A stretch of DNA of 64,000 nt from Eledone cirrhosa (GCA_964016885.1 OZ024761.1:10602001-10666000); one strand, 5' to 3'. Shown: positions 26,597 to 40,627, counted from the first letter of the stretch. The notes: generated by a model not told the origin, from the sequence alone. Numbers and translations: made by a program.

Positions 26597-26683
26597 CTGT
26601 GATGACGACCATTCCTCAGAAGATGGTGATGACTTCACGATGCAGTTGGAGAAGAAACATCTTTTAAACAAATCAAATTTCAA
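26584..26683 (+). CDS. NVL: NVL exon 4
   Basis: tag acceptor, (A)YQIICDDDHSSEDGDDFTMQLEKKHLLNKSNF, gtcagt donor; phases 1 and 2 fit exons 3 and 5; resembles NVL VFSIIS...LEDEHL. Confidence 0.82.
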
Positions 26684-27407
26684 GTCAGTGAACCTTATTT
26701 TTGTATCTATATAGTTTTATATTTAATCATCATCATCACCGTCATAATAATAATAACAATTGTTTCTACTTTTGGCACAAGGCCAGCAATTACCCAGTAC
26801 ATTACTGGTACTTTATTTTATCGACCCCGTAAGGATGAAAGGCAAAGTTAACCTCGGCGGGATTTGAACTCAGACTGTAAAGGGGCGTAACTATGCTAGA
26901 AAGCATGGCGTCCAACCCTCTACCGATACTGCCAATTCACCGCCCTAATAATGGTATCCAGTTCAATACACATTCTGACAGCTGGGGGCTTGTGAGTATC
27001 CATACTCCTACCTGTGCTGTTATTTCTGGAGTTTCCATCCTCTATCAAAATTTACAGTACCAGAACTTTGTTGCGGAAAACCCGACTATATCTAGCCAGT
27101 AGCATCTAGCCTCCTCCGCTAGTTCCTGCTCCTTACCTGTAAACATGCAAGTGTTGTGATGTTCCCGGTTCCAATTGTCAAAGTTTGATTCAGAAGACCT
27201 TATACATAAATTAGTAATTGTTGTTGTTTTCGGAACCGTAAGAGTATTGGACAAAATCCTTTATGGCATTTGTTATGGCACTTTATATTCAAATCCTGCT
27301 GCAGTCAATTTTGCCTTTTATCCTTCCAGAGGTTTGATAAAATAAAGCACCAGTAATGCACTGGAGTCAATTTAATCAACTTTCCCCTCCTCCAAAATTG
27401 TTGGCCT

Positions 27408-28525
27408 TGTGGATTGGCAGTATCGGTAGAGGGTCGGAAGCCATGCTAGGGCGGTGGATTGGTAGTATCGGTAGAGGGTCGGAAGCCATGCTAGGGCGGT
27501 GGATTGGCAGTATCGGTAGAGGGTCGGAAGCCATGCTAGGGTGGTGGATTGGTAGTATCGGTAGAGGGTCGGAAGCCATGCTAGGGCGGTGGATTGGCAG
27601 TATCGGTAGAGGGTCGGAAGCCATGCTAGGGTGGTGGATTGGTAGTATCGGTAGAGGGTCGGAAGCCATGCTAGGGCGGTGGATTGGCAGTATCGGTAGA
27701 GGGTCGGAAGCCATGCTAGGGTGGTGGATTGGTAGTATCGGTAGAGGGTCGGAAGCCATGCTAGGGCGGTGGATTGGCAGTATCGGTAGAGGGTCGGAAG
27801 CCATGCTAGGGTGGTGGATTGGTAGTATCGGTAGAGGGTCGGAAGCCATGCTAGGGCGGTGGATTGGTAGTATCGGTAGAGGGTCAGACGCCATGCTGGG
27901 GTGGTGGATTGGTAGTATCGGTAGAGGGTCGGAAGCCATGCTAGGGCGGTGGATTGGTAGTATCGGTAGAGGGTCAGACGCCATGCTGGGGCGGTGGATT
28001 GGTGGTATCGGTAGAGGGTCAGACGCCATGCTGGGGCGGTGGATTGGTAGTATCGGTAGAGGGTCGGAAGCCATGCTAGGGCGGTGGATTGGTAGTATCG
28101 GTAGAGGGTCAGACGCCATGCTGGGGCGGTGGATTGGTGGTATCGGTAGAGGGTCGGAAGCCATGCTAGGGCGGTGGATTGGTAGTATCGGTAGAGGGTC
28201 AGACGCCATGCTGGGGCGGTGGATTGGTAGTATCGGTAGAGGGTCGGAAGCCATGCTAGGGCGGTGGATTGGTAGTATCGGTAGAGGGTCAGACGCCATG
28301 CTGGGGCGGTGGATTGGTGGTATCGGTAGAGGGTCGGAAGCCATGCTAGGGCGGTGGATTGGTAGTATCGGTAGAGGGTCAGACGCCATGCTGGGGCGGT
28401 GGATTGGTGGTATCGGTAGAGGGTCGGAAGCCATGCTAGGGCGGTGGATTGGTAGTATCGGTAGAGGGTCAGACGCCATGCTAGGGCGGTGGATTGGCAG
28501 TATCGGTAAAGGGTCAGACGCCATG
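27408..28525 (+). repeat. 45-bp minisatellite derived from a SINE 5' head, ~25 copies
   Basis: Unit ggcggtggattggtagtatcggtagagggtcggaagccatgctag; the last copy continues into the SINE B box and body. Confidence 0.92.
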
Positions 28526-28946
28526 TTTTGCAGCACAGTTACGTGCAGTTACGGACTGAGTTCAAATCCCGCCGAGGTTAACTTTGCCTTTCATCTTTAC
28601 GGGGTCGATAAAATAAAGTACCAGTAATACCCTGGGATAATTGCTGGCCTTGTGCCAAAAGTAGAAACAATTATTATTATTATTGACAAAATCATTGCAG
28701 TGGATTGGTGGTATCGGTAGAGCGTCGGACATGCTTTGTGGCATATTGTTACGGCTCTTTACATTCTGATTTCAAATCATGCCAAGGTTAGCTTTGCCTT
28801 TCATCCTTATAGGATCAATAAAAAAAAAAATACCAGTAATACACTGGGGTCGATTTAATCAACTTTCTCCTTCCCTTCAAATTGCTGGCCTTGTGCCTAA
28901 AGTAGAAACTATTATTATTTTATATTTTCTGTCTATACTGTGACAG

Positions 28947-29031
28947 GTACGCAGATGATTGCATCGACATAGAGAGTGATACAACAGACAAGAGCTTCTC
29001 CTCTGATAACACAGATTACATCCCTTTCAAG
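28947..29031 (+). CDS. NVL: NVL exon 5
   Basis: cag acceptor, YADDCIDIESDTTDKSFSSDNTDYIPFK, gtaagc donor. Confidence 0.8.
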
Positions 29032-29773
29032 GTAAGCTTCTAAATCATTTAAAATATAGCGTTGCTCTTAATTTTACTTGAGGCCACCATCTGCACGGGA
29101 AACAATAGTTAAGTTACTGTCTGCATACTTAATGTAAGCATTAAACACCTATTTAGTAAGATAGTTTGTTAAATGTAAGGTGAGTAGACTGAGAATATAA
29201 TGCGTGAAAATATATTAAGTAATCAAGAAAAGAGAGAAGAAAATAGAAAACACGGGATAAATAATATCTTCCTTATTCACGTAGTAACTGTATGAAGTTT
29301 GCAGCTAATAATATTTATGTTCCAAACACCAGCTAAATAATGATAAAGTTAGCTATATTACTAAATCCCCCTAAAAAATTCTTGATTATTTTCAAAATTA
29401 TTTGAAAATCATAGGCAGTGGGTTAACCCTTTATCAGTTACATTACTCTATATTTACTATATTCACGGTAAAGGCTTTACCTCACATAATATCATATCTA
29501 TGAGATTTTTGTTATTATTTATTTTGAGAACGATATCTTAACATCAGTATGAGCAGCCAGTTATGGCCGGTTTGAACAGAAAGAGGTAAGAGAATTCTGG
29601 CCGGTTTAGATGCTAAAGGGTTAATGATGATAGGGTATAATTTGAAGGATATTTAGCTGTTATTTCTACCAGGTCTAGTAACAGTGTAATGGCTCACTCT
29701 TTGATTTTATTTATAATCGGTTGTGCTGGTCAATTTTATTACTTTCACCTCCACTTTTATTTCTGTATTCCAG

Positions 29774-30328
29774 GACACCAATATGATCAATAATTTCATG
29801 ACCAAACTCTATCAAGGACAGACCAAGAAACCAATCAAAGATGATAAAAATGCTTCATTTATGGAAGTTTCCCCTCATCCAAAGACATCAGCTAACTTAA
29901 CACAAAACAATCCCCTGCTCAAACCATCATCACAGCCTTCACCTTCATCATCATCATCGTCATCATATCTACATTTACAGAACGGACTTCCTTCTGGTCT
30001 TGCTGTGAATTCCTCTCTGGGATTGAACCAGCACACCCCACAGCAACAGATCTCACCTGTTCTCCCACCCCCGCCATCATCATCTTCATCATACATAGGG
30101 AGCAGCACTCCACTGGCAGTAAACAGTCCCAAAACTCCGTTGCATTCGATGTCCAAGTCTTTCAAGAACCACCACTCGTACTCTGCAGAGTCACTCCGTC
30201 ATATAAAGGGCCAGAAGTCTTCAATCCCTAACAGCAGTCGAGTCCCCCTAATTAAGTCAATAGAGAGGAAGAAAAAGATTTTAGTGAGAACAACTGATGA
30301 ACATTCTTCTATGGCGAAAACACAAGGG
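29774..30328 (+). CDS. NVL: NVL exon 6 (S/P-rich linker)
   Basis: cag acceptor, DTNMINNFMTKLY...MAKTQG, gtcagt donor; resembles NVL NHMNSSLLSLY. Confidence 0.82.
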
Positions 30329-30678
30329 GTCAGTATTTTCATGTTTGTGTGTGTGTGTTTGTGTTTCTATATGGGTATGTGTTTGTGTGTGTTTGTGTTT
30401 GCTTCTGTGATTGTGTTTCTATATGTGTTTGTGTGTGTTTCTAATGAGTATGTGTCAACGGGCTTCTGCAATTTCTGTCTACCAAATCCACTGAGAAGGA
30501 ATTGGTCAACTCAAGGTTATAGTAGAAGACATCAAGACATTTGCCCAATGTGTCATGCTGCTACACAGTTAGACAGAACCCTAAAGCATGTTGTGAAATG
30601 AACTCCTTTAACAACACAACCATGCCAGCACCTATGTATAGTTTGATGCTCAACCTGTTATATTTTAATCCCATGCAG

Positions 30679-30772
30679 GAAATCAACACACTGTCTCGGT
30701 CAAAACGAATACGCAGCAGTAGTGAAGCAAAATATAATAATGAAGCTGAACAAAAACCAACAAAGAATGAGG
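30679..30772 (+). CDS. NVL: NVL exon 7
   Basis: cag acceptor, EINTLSRSKRIRSS...KNE, gtaagc donor. Confidence 0.78.
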
Positions 30773-31404
30773 GTAAGCTATTTTATGTATGTGTGTATCA
30801 TCATCATCATCGTTTAATGTCCATCTTCCACGCTAGCATGGGTTAGACGGGAATTGTCCCACTTGAGGCAAGATTGGTCGGGTGACCGTATCTCGCTCAT
30901 ATAGGACTGTATCTGGCAGGTTTTCTACGGCTGGGTGCCCTTCCTAACACCAACCACATTTACAGTGTGGACTGGGAGTCTTTTTACTGTTTCCTACACG
31001 ATCTCATTACAGCGTAGACTGTGTTTTTTTGTCGTGACACCTACACAACCTCTTTACTTTGGACTGGATGGTCTGGCACCAACATTACAGAGAAAGGGTG
31101 GTGTTGGTGGGAGTGAGAGGATGGAGTAGGGGTAGTGGGTTGGGGTGACTATATCATCATTATCATCATCATCGTTTAAGATCCATTTTTCCATGCTAGC
31201 ATGGGTTAGACAGGTTGTCTCAAGAGAGGCAAGTTGGGTCATTATCATCATTGTTTAACATCCATTTTTCACGCTTAGTTGGATTAGACAGGTTGTCCCA
31301 TTTGAAGCAAGTTGAGTCAGGTGACCGTGTCTTGCTCACACAGAACTGTTTCTGGCTTGGTTTCTAAGGATGGATGCCCTTTCTAATGCCAACCACATTG
31401 TCAA

Positions 31405-33040
31405 TGTGTGCTGGGTGCTTTTTGTCGTGACACCTACACAACCATCTTACAGTGTGGGCTTGGTGCTTTTTGTCATGACACCTACACAACCATCTTACAG
31501 TATGGGCTTGGTGCTTTTTGTCGTGACACCTACACAACCATCTTACAGTGTGAGCTGGGTGCTTTTTGTCGTGACACCTACACAACCATCTTACAGTGTG
31601 GGCTGGGTGCTTTTTGTCGTGACACCTACACAACCATCTTACAGTGTGTGCTGGGTGCTTTTTGTCATGACACCTACACAACACCTTACAGTGTGGGCTG
31701 GGTGCTTTTTGTCGTGACACCTACACAACCACCTTACAGTGTGGGCTGGGTGCTTTTTGTCGTGACACCTACGCAACCATCTTACAGTGTGGGCTTGGTG
31801 CTTTTTGTCGTGACACCTACACAACCATCTTACAGTGTGAGCTGGGTGCTTTTTGTCGTGACACCTACACAACCATCTTACAGTGTGTGCTGGGTGCTTT
31901 TTGTCATGACACCTACACAACACCTTACAGTGTGGGCTGGGTGCTTTTTGTCGTGACACCTACACAACCACCTTACAGTGTGGGCTGGGTGCTTTTTGTC
32001 GTGACACCTACACAACCACCTTACAGTGTGGGCTTGGTGCTTTTTGTCGTGACACCTACACAACCATCTTACAGTGTGGGCTGGGTGCTTTTTGTCGTGA
32101 CACCTACACAACCATCTTACAGTGTGGGCTGGGTGCTTTTTGTCGTGACACCTACACAACCATCTTACAGTGTGGGTTGGGTGCTTTTTGTCATGACACC
32201 TACACAACCATCTTACAGTGTGTGCTGGGTGCTTTTTGTCATGACACCTACACAACACCTTACAGTGTGGGCTGGGTGCTTTTTGTCGTGACACCTACAC
32301 AACCACCTTACAGTGTGGGCTTGGTGCTTTTTGTCGTGACACCTACACAACCACCTTACAGTGTGGGCTGGGTGCTTTTTGTCGTGACACCTACACAACC
32401 ATCTTACAGTGTGGGCTTGGTGCTTTTTGTCGTGACACCTACACAACCATCTTACAGTGTGAGCTGGGTGCTTTTTGTCGTGACACCTACACAACCATCT
32501 TACAGTGTGTGCTGGGTGCTTTTTGTCATGACACCTACACAACACCTTACAGTGTGGGCTGGGTGCTTTTTGTCGTGACACCTACACAACCACCTTACAG
32601 TGTGGGCTGGGTGCTTTTTGTCGTGACACCTACACAACCACCTTACAGTGTGGGCTTGGTGCTTTTTGTCGTGACACCTACACAACCATCTTACAGTGTG
32701 GGCTGGGTGCTTTTTGTCGTGACACCTACACAACCATCTTACAGTGTGGGCTGGGTGCTTTTTGTCGTGACACCTACACAACCATCTTACAGTGTGGGCT
32801 GGGTGCTTTTTGTCATGACACCTACACAACCATCTTACAGTGTGTGCTGGGTGCTTTTTGTCATGACACCTACACAACACCTTACAGTGTGGGCTGGGTG
32901 CTTTTTGTCGTGACACCTACACAACCACCTTACAGTGTGGGCTTGGTGCTTTTTGTCGTGACACCTACACAACCACCTTACAGTGTGGGCTTGGTGCTTT
33001 TTGTCATGACACCTACACAACCACCTTACAGTGTGGGTTG
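31405..33040 (-). repeat. 48-bp minisatellite derived from an RTE 3' UTR unit, ~34 copies
   Basis: Unit tacagtgtgggctgggtgctttttgtcgtgacacctacacaaccatct is the antisense of the LINE 3' UTR repeat; contiguous with a minus-strand RTE tail at ~31240-31405. Confidence 0.9.
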
Positions 33041-33184
33041 GATATATATATACATACATACATATATATATACATATATGTGTGTGTGTGTACACATATA
33101 TGAATATATATATGACATCATCATCATTTTACGTCTGTTCTCCATACTTTCATTACAGCCATACCCACACATATAGAAATATAT

Positions 33185-33573
33185 TCATCATCATCACCAT
33201 TTTATGTCCATTCTTCCACGTTAGCATGGGTTAGACGGGTTGTCCTGTTGTGGGCAGTGTCCAGTCAGCTGACCTTAGCTTGCTTATACGGGAACTGATT
33301 CTGGCTTGATTTCTACAGCTGGATGCCCTTCTTAACACCTACCTCATTTACAGTGAGTGCTGGGTGCTTTTTTGCCATGGCACGTCCACGACCACTTTGC
33401 AGTGGAATGATAGGGACCCCAGTCCCTATCATCTCATTTCTACAGCTGAGTAAACTGGAGCAATGTGAAATAAAGTCTCTTGCTCAAGGAAACAACACAT
33501 CACCCGGTCCGAGAATTGAACTCACAACTTTCGATTACAAGCCCAATGCTCTAACCACTAAGCCATGTACCTT
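33185..33573 (-). mobile_element. CORE SINE with long RTE-derived tail
   Basis: Same head and core as 22468-22797; tail matches LINE 58760-58934. Confidence 0.78.
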
Positions 33574-33589
33574 CTATGTTTTATTTCAG

Positions 33590-33654
33590 ATGATGGCTTC
33601 CAGTTTTCCACAGTGACTTTTTCAGATGTAGGCGGCAATGACAAATGTCTCATG
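33590..33654 (+). CDS. NVL: NVL exon 8
   Basis: cag acceptor, DGFQFSTVTFSDVGGNDKCLM, gtaaga donor. Confidence 0.9.
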
Positions 33655-33719
33655 GTAAGAACCACCAATTCCATTAATTCACATCATCTTTTCTCTACAC
33701 TTTCATCTTATATTCTTTT

Positions 33720-35072
33720 TACCATCATCATCACCACCATCATTACTCCACCACTACCACTACATTACCACTACCACTATTCCACCACCATCTCCATGAC
33801 CACTACTCCATCACCTCACCATCACTACATCACCACTACTACTCCACCACCTCACCATCACTACATCACCACTACTACTCCACCACCATCACTACACCAC
33901 TACTACTCCACGACCTCACCATCACTACATCACCACTACTACTCCACCACCACACCATCACTACATCACCACTACTACTCCACGACCTCACCATCACTAC
34001 ATCACCACTACTACTCCACAACCAACACCACACCACCACTACTCCACCACCACACCATCACTACATCACCACTACTACTCCACGACCTCACCATCACTAC
34101 ATCACCACTACTACTCCACCACCACACCACTACTACTCCACCACCAACACCACACCACCACTACTCCACCACCTCACCATCACTACACCACCACTACTAC
34201 TCCACCACCAACACCACACCACCACTACTCCACCACCTCACCATCACTACACCACTACTACTCCACCACCACCACTACTCCACCACCTCACCATCACTAC
34301 ACCACTACTACTCCACCACCACCACCACACCACCACTACTCCACTACCTCACCATCACTACATCACCACTACTCCACCACCACCACTACTCCACCACCTC
34401 ACCATCACTACACCACTACTACTCCACCACCACCACCACTACTCCACCACCTCACCATCACTACACCACTACTACTCCACCACCACCACCACACCACCAC
34501 TACTCCACCACCTCACCATCACTACATCACCACTACTACTCCACCACCAACACCACACCACCACTACTCCACCACCACACCATCACTACATCACCACTAC
34601 TACTCCACCACCAACACCACACCACCACTACTCCACCACCTCACCATCACTACACCACTACTACTCCACCACCACCACTACTCCACCACCTCACCATCAC
34701 TACACCACCACCTCACCATCACTACACCACTACTACTCCACCACCAACACCACACCACCACTACTCCACCACCTCACCATCACTACACCACTACTACTCC
34801 ACCACCACCACTACTCCACCACCTCACCATCACTACACTACTACTACTCCACCACCACCACCACACCACCACTACTCCACCACCTCACCATCACTACATC
34901 ACCACTACTACTCCACCACCACCACCACACCACCACTACTCCACCACCTCACCATCACTACATCACCACTACTACTCCACCACCAACACCACACCACCAC
35001 TACTCCACCACCTCACCATCACTACATCACCACTACTACTCCACCACCACCACTATTCCACCACCCCCACCA
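33720..35072. repeat. Complex (ACC/ACT/ATC) low-complexity tandem repeat
   Basis: Directly visible; intronic. Confidence 0.88.
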
Positions 35073-35135
35073 CAAATCTTCAAAGACATTGAACATTATT
35101 TTATTTATTTATTTTATTTACTTTCTTGTTTCTAG

Positions 35136-35270
35136 GAAATCTGCAAGATCCTCGCTCACATGAAACATCCCGAGATTTATCGTCAAATAGGAATCACACC
35201 ACCCAGGGGCATTCTTTTACATGGACCCCCTGGCTGTGGTAAAACACTGTTAGCAAATGCTATCGCAGGG
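35136..35270 (+). CDS. NVL: NVL exon 9 (D1 Walker A)
   Basis: tag acceptor, [15 protein letters not shown]...[21 protein letters not shown], gtaagt donor. Confidence 0.95.
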
Positions 35271-36429
35271 GTAAGTAAAAATGCATATCTCCTCTTTCTT
35301 CTTCTTCTGGTTATTGCGGGTCAGAGTCCTGAAACCTTCCAGAAGGTCCTATCAGAAGCAACCATCTCCAACTGATATAAAATTTAGTAACTGGCTAGTT
35401 CTTATCACATGGAACATCATATATATATATATATAAAGGATAAAGATCCCAATGCTCCTTGTGAAGTCATAGAGGCACCATCATATGGTGTGTCTAGAGC
35501 ACATTTAAACCTGGCGGAGTCCAACCCTCACCATGTCTGAACATAGTTGATGTTTTCTATAGAGGAAGAATCAACCCCAGTACTGGGGGTCTAAATATAT
35601 ATATATATATACACTTAGTGAAGGTGTATGGCTCAGTGGTTAGAGAATTGGGCCCGCAAGTAGGAGGTTGTGAGTTTGATTCTTGGATCGGGAGATGCAT
35701 CCTTAAGCAAGACACTTTATTTTTCATGTTGATCCAGTTTACTCAGCTGTAGAAATGAATTGCGACGTCACTGGTGTCAAGCCTTGTCATCCATTGCCTT
35801 TCCCTTGGACAACATTAGTGGAAAGTTTACAGCAGTCTTTTTAATTATAATACACATAATTTGAAGGTTGGTGTAAATGTTCCAACCCCTTATGTTCTGA
35901 GTTCAAATCCCATCAAGGTCAACTTTGCCTTTCATTCTTCTAAGTTCGATAAATTGAAGTCTATGGTCAATATGATAAATTCTTCCCCACTCCACTAAAA
36001 TTATTGGCCTTGTACTTAAATTAGAAACCATTCATGGTTAACTTTGCCTTTCATTCTTATGGTGTTGATAAAATAAAGTACCAGTAACACACTGGGCTCG
36101 ATTTAATTGACTTTCCCCTGCCCCCAAATTGCTGGCCTTGTGCCTAAAATAGAAAAAATTATTCTTAACCCTTTAGTATTTAAACCAGTCGTATCCGGCC
36201 AGAATTCTCTCACCTGTTTCTCTTCAAACCGGCTATAACTGGCTGCTCTTACTTACATTAAGATCTTGTTCTCAACATAAATAATATAAAAATCTCATAG
36301 ATTCGATATTATGTGAGATAAACCTTTTACCATGACAATACAATAGTAAATATAGAATAATATAAATGTTAAAGGGTTAATTGTTCTTATTAACCTGCAT
36401 TTCCTCTTTTTCTTTTCATTTTTTTTCAG

Positions 36430-36531
36430 GAACTTGAAATACCCTTCTTAAAATTAGCTGCTACGGAGCTTGTGTCAGGGGTGTCTGGGGAGTCTGAACA
36501 GAAGATGAGACAGATTTTTGAGAAAGCCAGA
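36430..36531 (+). CDS. NVL: NVL exon 10
   Basis: ELEIPFLKLAATELVSGVSGESEQKMRQIFEKAR, gtaagt donor. Confidence 0.95.
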
Positions 36532-36544
36532 GTAAGTAGTTTAC

Positions 36545-39035
36545 CATCCATTACCACTGTCACTACCATCTACACCACCACCATCACCATCACTACCATC
36601 TACACCACCATCATCACTACCATCACTACCATCTACACCACCATCATCACTACCATCTACACCACCACCATCACTACTATCTACACCACCACCATCACTA
36701 CCATCCACACCACCACCATCACTACTATCTATACCACCACCATCACTACTATCTACACCACCACCATCACTACCATCTACACCACCACCATCACTACCAT
36801 CTACACCACCACCATCACTATCTACACCACCACCATCATCCACACCACCACCATCACTACCATCTACACCACCACCATCACTACCATCTACACCACCACC
36901 ATCACTACCATCTACACCACCACTATCACTACCATCTACACCACCACCATCACTACCATCCACACCACCACCATCACTACCATCTACACCACCACCATCA
37001 CTATCTACACCACCACCATCACTACCATCTACACCACCACCATCACTACCATCCACACCACCACCATCACTACCATCACTACCATCTACACCACCACCAT
37101 CACTACCATCTACACCACCACCATCACTACCATCTACACCACCACCATCACTACCATCCACACCACCACCATCACTACCATCTACACCACCACCATCCAC
37201 ACCACCACCATCACTACCATCTACACCACTACCATCTACACCACCACCATCTACACCACCACCATCACTACCATCCACACCACCACCTTCACTACCATCT
37301 ACACCACCACCATCACTACCATCCACACCACCACCACCATCCACACCACCACCATCATCCACACCACCACCATCACTACCATCTACACCACCACCTTCAC
37401 TACCATCTACACCACCACCATCACTACCATCCACACCACCACCATCACTACCATCTACATCACCACCTTCACTACCATCTACACCACCACCATCACTACC
37501 ATCCACACCACCACCATCACTACCATCTACACCACCACCTTCACTACCATCTACACCACCACCATCACTACCATCCACACCACCACCATCACTACCATCC
37601 ACACCACCACCATCACTACCATCCACACCACCACCATCACTACCATCCACACCACCACCATCACTACCATCTACATCACCACCATCACTACCATCTACAC
37701 CACCACCTTCACTACCATCTACACTACCACCATCCACACCACCACCATCACTACCATCCACACCACCACCATCACTACCATCTACACCACCACCATCACT
37801 ACCATCCACACCACCACCATCACTACCATCCACACCACCACCATCACTACCATCCACACCACCACCATCACTACCATCTACACCACCACCATCTACACCA
37901 CCACCATCACTACCATCTACACCACCACCATCACTACCATCCACACCACCACCACCATCCACACCACCACCATCACTACCATCCACACCACCACCTTCAC
38001 TACCATCTACACCACCACCATCACTACCATCTACACCACCACCATCACCACCATCCACACCACCACCATCACTACCATCCACACCACCACCATCACTACC
38101 ATCCACACCACCACCTTCACTACCATCCACACCACCACCATCACTACCATCCACACCACCACCATCACTACCATCTACACCACCACCATCACTACCATCT
38201 ACACCACCACCATCACTACCATCCACACCACCACCATCACTACCATCTACACCACCACCATCACTACCATCTACACCACCACCATCCACACCACCACCAT
38301 CACTACCATCTACACCACTACCATCTACACCACCACCATCTACACCACCACCATCACTACCATCCACACCACCACCACCATCCACACCACCACCATCATC
38401 CACACCACCACCATCACTACCATCTACACCACTACCATCTACACCACCACCATCCACACCACCACCATCACTACCATCTACACCACTACCATCTACACCA
38501 CCACCATCTACACCACTACCATCCACACCACCACCACCATCCACACCACCACCATCATCCACACCACCACCATCACTACCATCCACACCACCACCATCAC
38601 TACCATCTACATCACCACCATCACTACCATCTACACCACCACCTTCACTACCATCTACACTACCACCATCCACACCACCACCATCACTACCATCCACACC
38701 ACCACCATCACTACCATCTACACCACCACCATCACTACCATCTACACCACCACCATCACTACCATCTACACCACTACCATCTACACCACTACCATCTACA
38801 CCACCACCATCACTACCATCCACACCACCACCTTCACTACCATCTACACCACCACCACCATCCACACCACCACCACCATCCACACCACCACCATCACTAC
38901 CATCTACACCACCACCTTCACTACCATCTACACTACCACCATCACTACCATCCACACCACCACCATCACTACCATCTACCACCATTACCATCCGCACCAC
39001 CACCATCCACCACTTCCATCACCACCACCATCTAC
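36545..39035. repeat. 24-bp-based minisatellite (accatcactaccatctacaccacc)
   Basis: Directly visible; produces the TTTITTIY and GGGVDGSD ORFs. Confidence 0.92.
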
Positions 39036-39104
39036 ACTATTGGTTCTTTCTACCCAGAGTTATTAGTTTACCATCCACTCATACTACCACCACTACCATA
39101 TAAG

Positions 39105-39520
39105 TCGCCCCTAATTCTCAACATTTAATGACCCTAATTCTAGACTTATAATAATACCCTTTTTATAATTCTAGACATACAAATGACCTCTAATTCTAGC
39201 CATATAATGACCCCTAATTCTAGACATACAAATGACACCTAATTCTAGCCATATAATGACCCCTAATTCTAGACATATGATGACCCCTAATTCTAGACAT
39301 ATGATGACCCCTAATTCGACATCAAATGACTCCTAATTCTAGCCATATGACCCCTAATTCTAGACATATGATGACCCTGAATTCTAGACATACAAATGAC
39401 CCCTAATTCTAGACATACAAATGACCCCTAATTCTAGACACAAAATAACACCTAATTCTAGACATATAATCCCTAATTCTAGATATATGACCCCTAATTC
39501 TAGACATATAAATAACCCCT
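39105..39520. repeat. ~25-bp repeat (atgacccctaattctagacat) containing CCCTAA
   Basis: Directly visible. Confidence 0.8.
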
Positions 39521-39547
39521 ACTACTGTGTTTTTTATTGTCTTTCAG

Positions 39548-39665
39548 AATAATGCTCCCTCTATATTGTTTTTTGATGAGATAGATGTGATAACACCAAA
39601 GAGAGAGACTGCTTCCAAAGATATGGAACGAAGAATTGTTGCTCAACTTTTAACTTGCCTTGATG
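39548..39665 (+). CDS. NVL: NVL exon 11 (D1 Walker B)
   Basis: [39 protein letters not shown]. Confidence 0.95.
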
Positions 39666-40479
39666 GTATGTAACTTTTATATGTTTTTTTTGTATCATTA
39701 GGAAGAGCATCCAGCAGTAGAAAACTTGCCAAAAGATATGACATCTCTTGTGCACTCAGTAGAATGTGAGGCCATATGTAAATGAGGTGCAGGCACCTCC
39801 TTCCTTCTGACCTGTCTGTGAGGTCAGTAGCCCTGCTTCAGGACTGACCTGGTCTATGTAGACTCGTCCAATCCTTACTAGCAGGGAAAGCGGATGTTAA
39901 ACAATGATGATGATGAATGATGAAGTTTTTATATCTGATGCAAACAGAGTTGTTTTATACTTTTCAAGAATGTCTTGCAAATGTGGTTTGTTTATTCAAA
40001 TGTTCATGGCATCTTTACTAGAAGACAGATTGTTGTGAAATTTGTAGTATTAACCCTTTAGTGTTCAAACCGGCCAAAACCGGCCAGAATTCTCTACCCC
40101 TTTCTGTTGAAACTGGCTGTAACTGGTCGCTCAAACTGATGTTAAGGTATTGTTCTCAAAATAAATACTTTCAAAATCTCATAGATTCGATATTATGTGA
40201 GGTAAATCCTTTACCATGAAGATATAATAGTATATATAAAATAATGTGAATGCTAAAGGGTTAAAGTAAAGATTTTAGTTTTTAATGTGAAGTAGTCATA
40301 GTGCTGTTTTATACTTTTCAAGAATGCCCATGGTACAAAGTATTGGGATTGAACTTAAAACTATGTGGTTACAAACAACCAACTTCAAGTAAACAGGACA
40401 ATAATTCTCACAAAGTATTAAAATATATCATTGAAAATATATCATCATTGTTTCTACTTATCTGTTTGTTTATCTTTAG

Positions 40480-40627
40480 ACTTGAACGATGTGAAGAAAT
40501 CGCCAAACAATGTCTTAGTGATTGGTGCCACAAATCGACCTGACTCGTTAGATCCTGCACTACGGAGGGCTGGCAGGTTCGATCGAGAAATCTCTTTAGG
40601 AATTCCTGATAAAATGGCCAGACAAAG
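40480..40627 (+). CDS. NVL: NVL exon 12 (D1 SRH)
   Basis: [33 protein letters not shown]. Confidence 0.95.

Noticed and set aside
27356-28627. 423- and 386-aa repeat ORFs
   Set aside because: Translation of a 45-bp SINE-head minisatellite.
28941-28952. cag|GTAC acceptor resembling a recursive splice site
   Set aside because: Weak donor consensus, short intron, and the exon is needed to keep the frame.
35160-35163. ATGA stop-start overlap suggesting translational coupling
   Set aside because: The ATG is an internal Met of NVL exon 9, and the upstream ORF is intron read-through.
36472-39066. Mucin-like 864-aa ORF in frame with exon 10, and the antisense Gly/Asp ORF
   Set aside because: Stop-free ACC-rich repeat after a canonical gtaagt donor. 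The same applies to 18256-19182 and 33565-35163.
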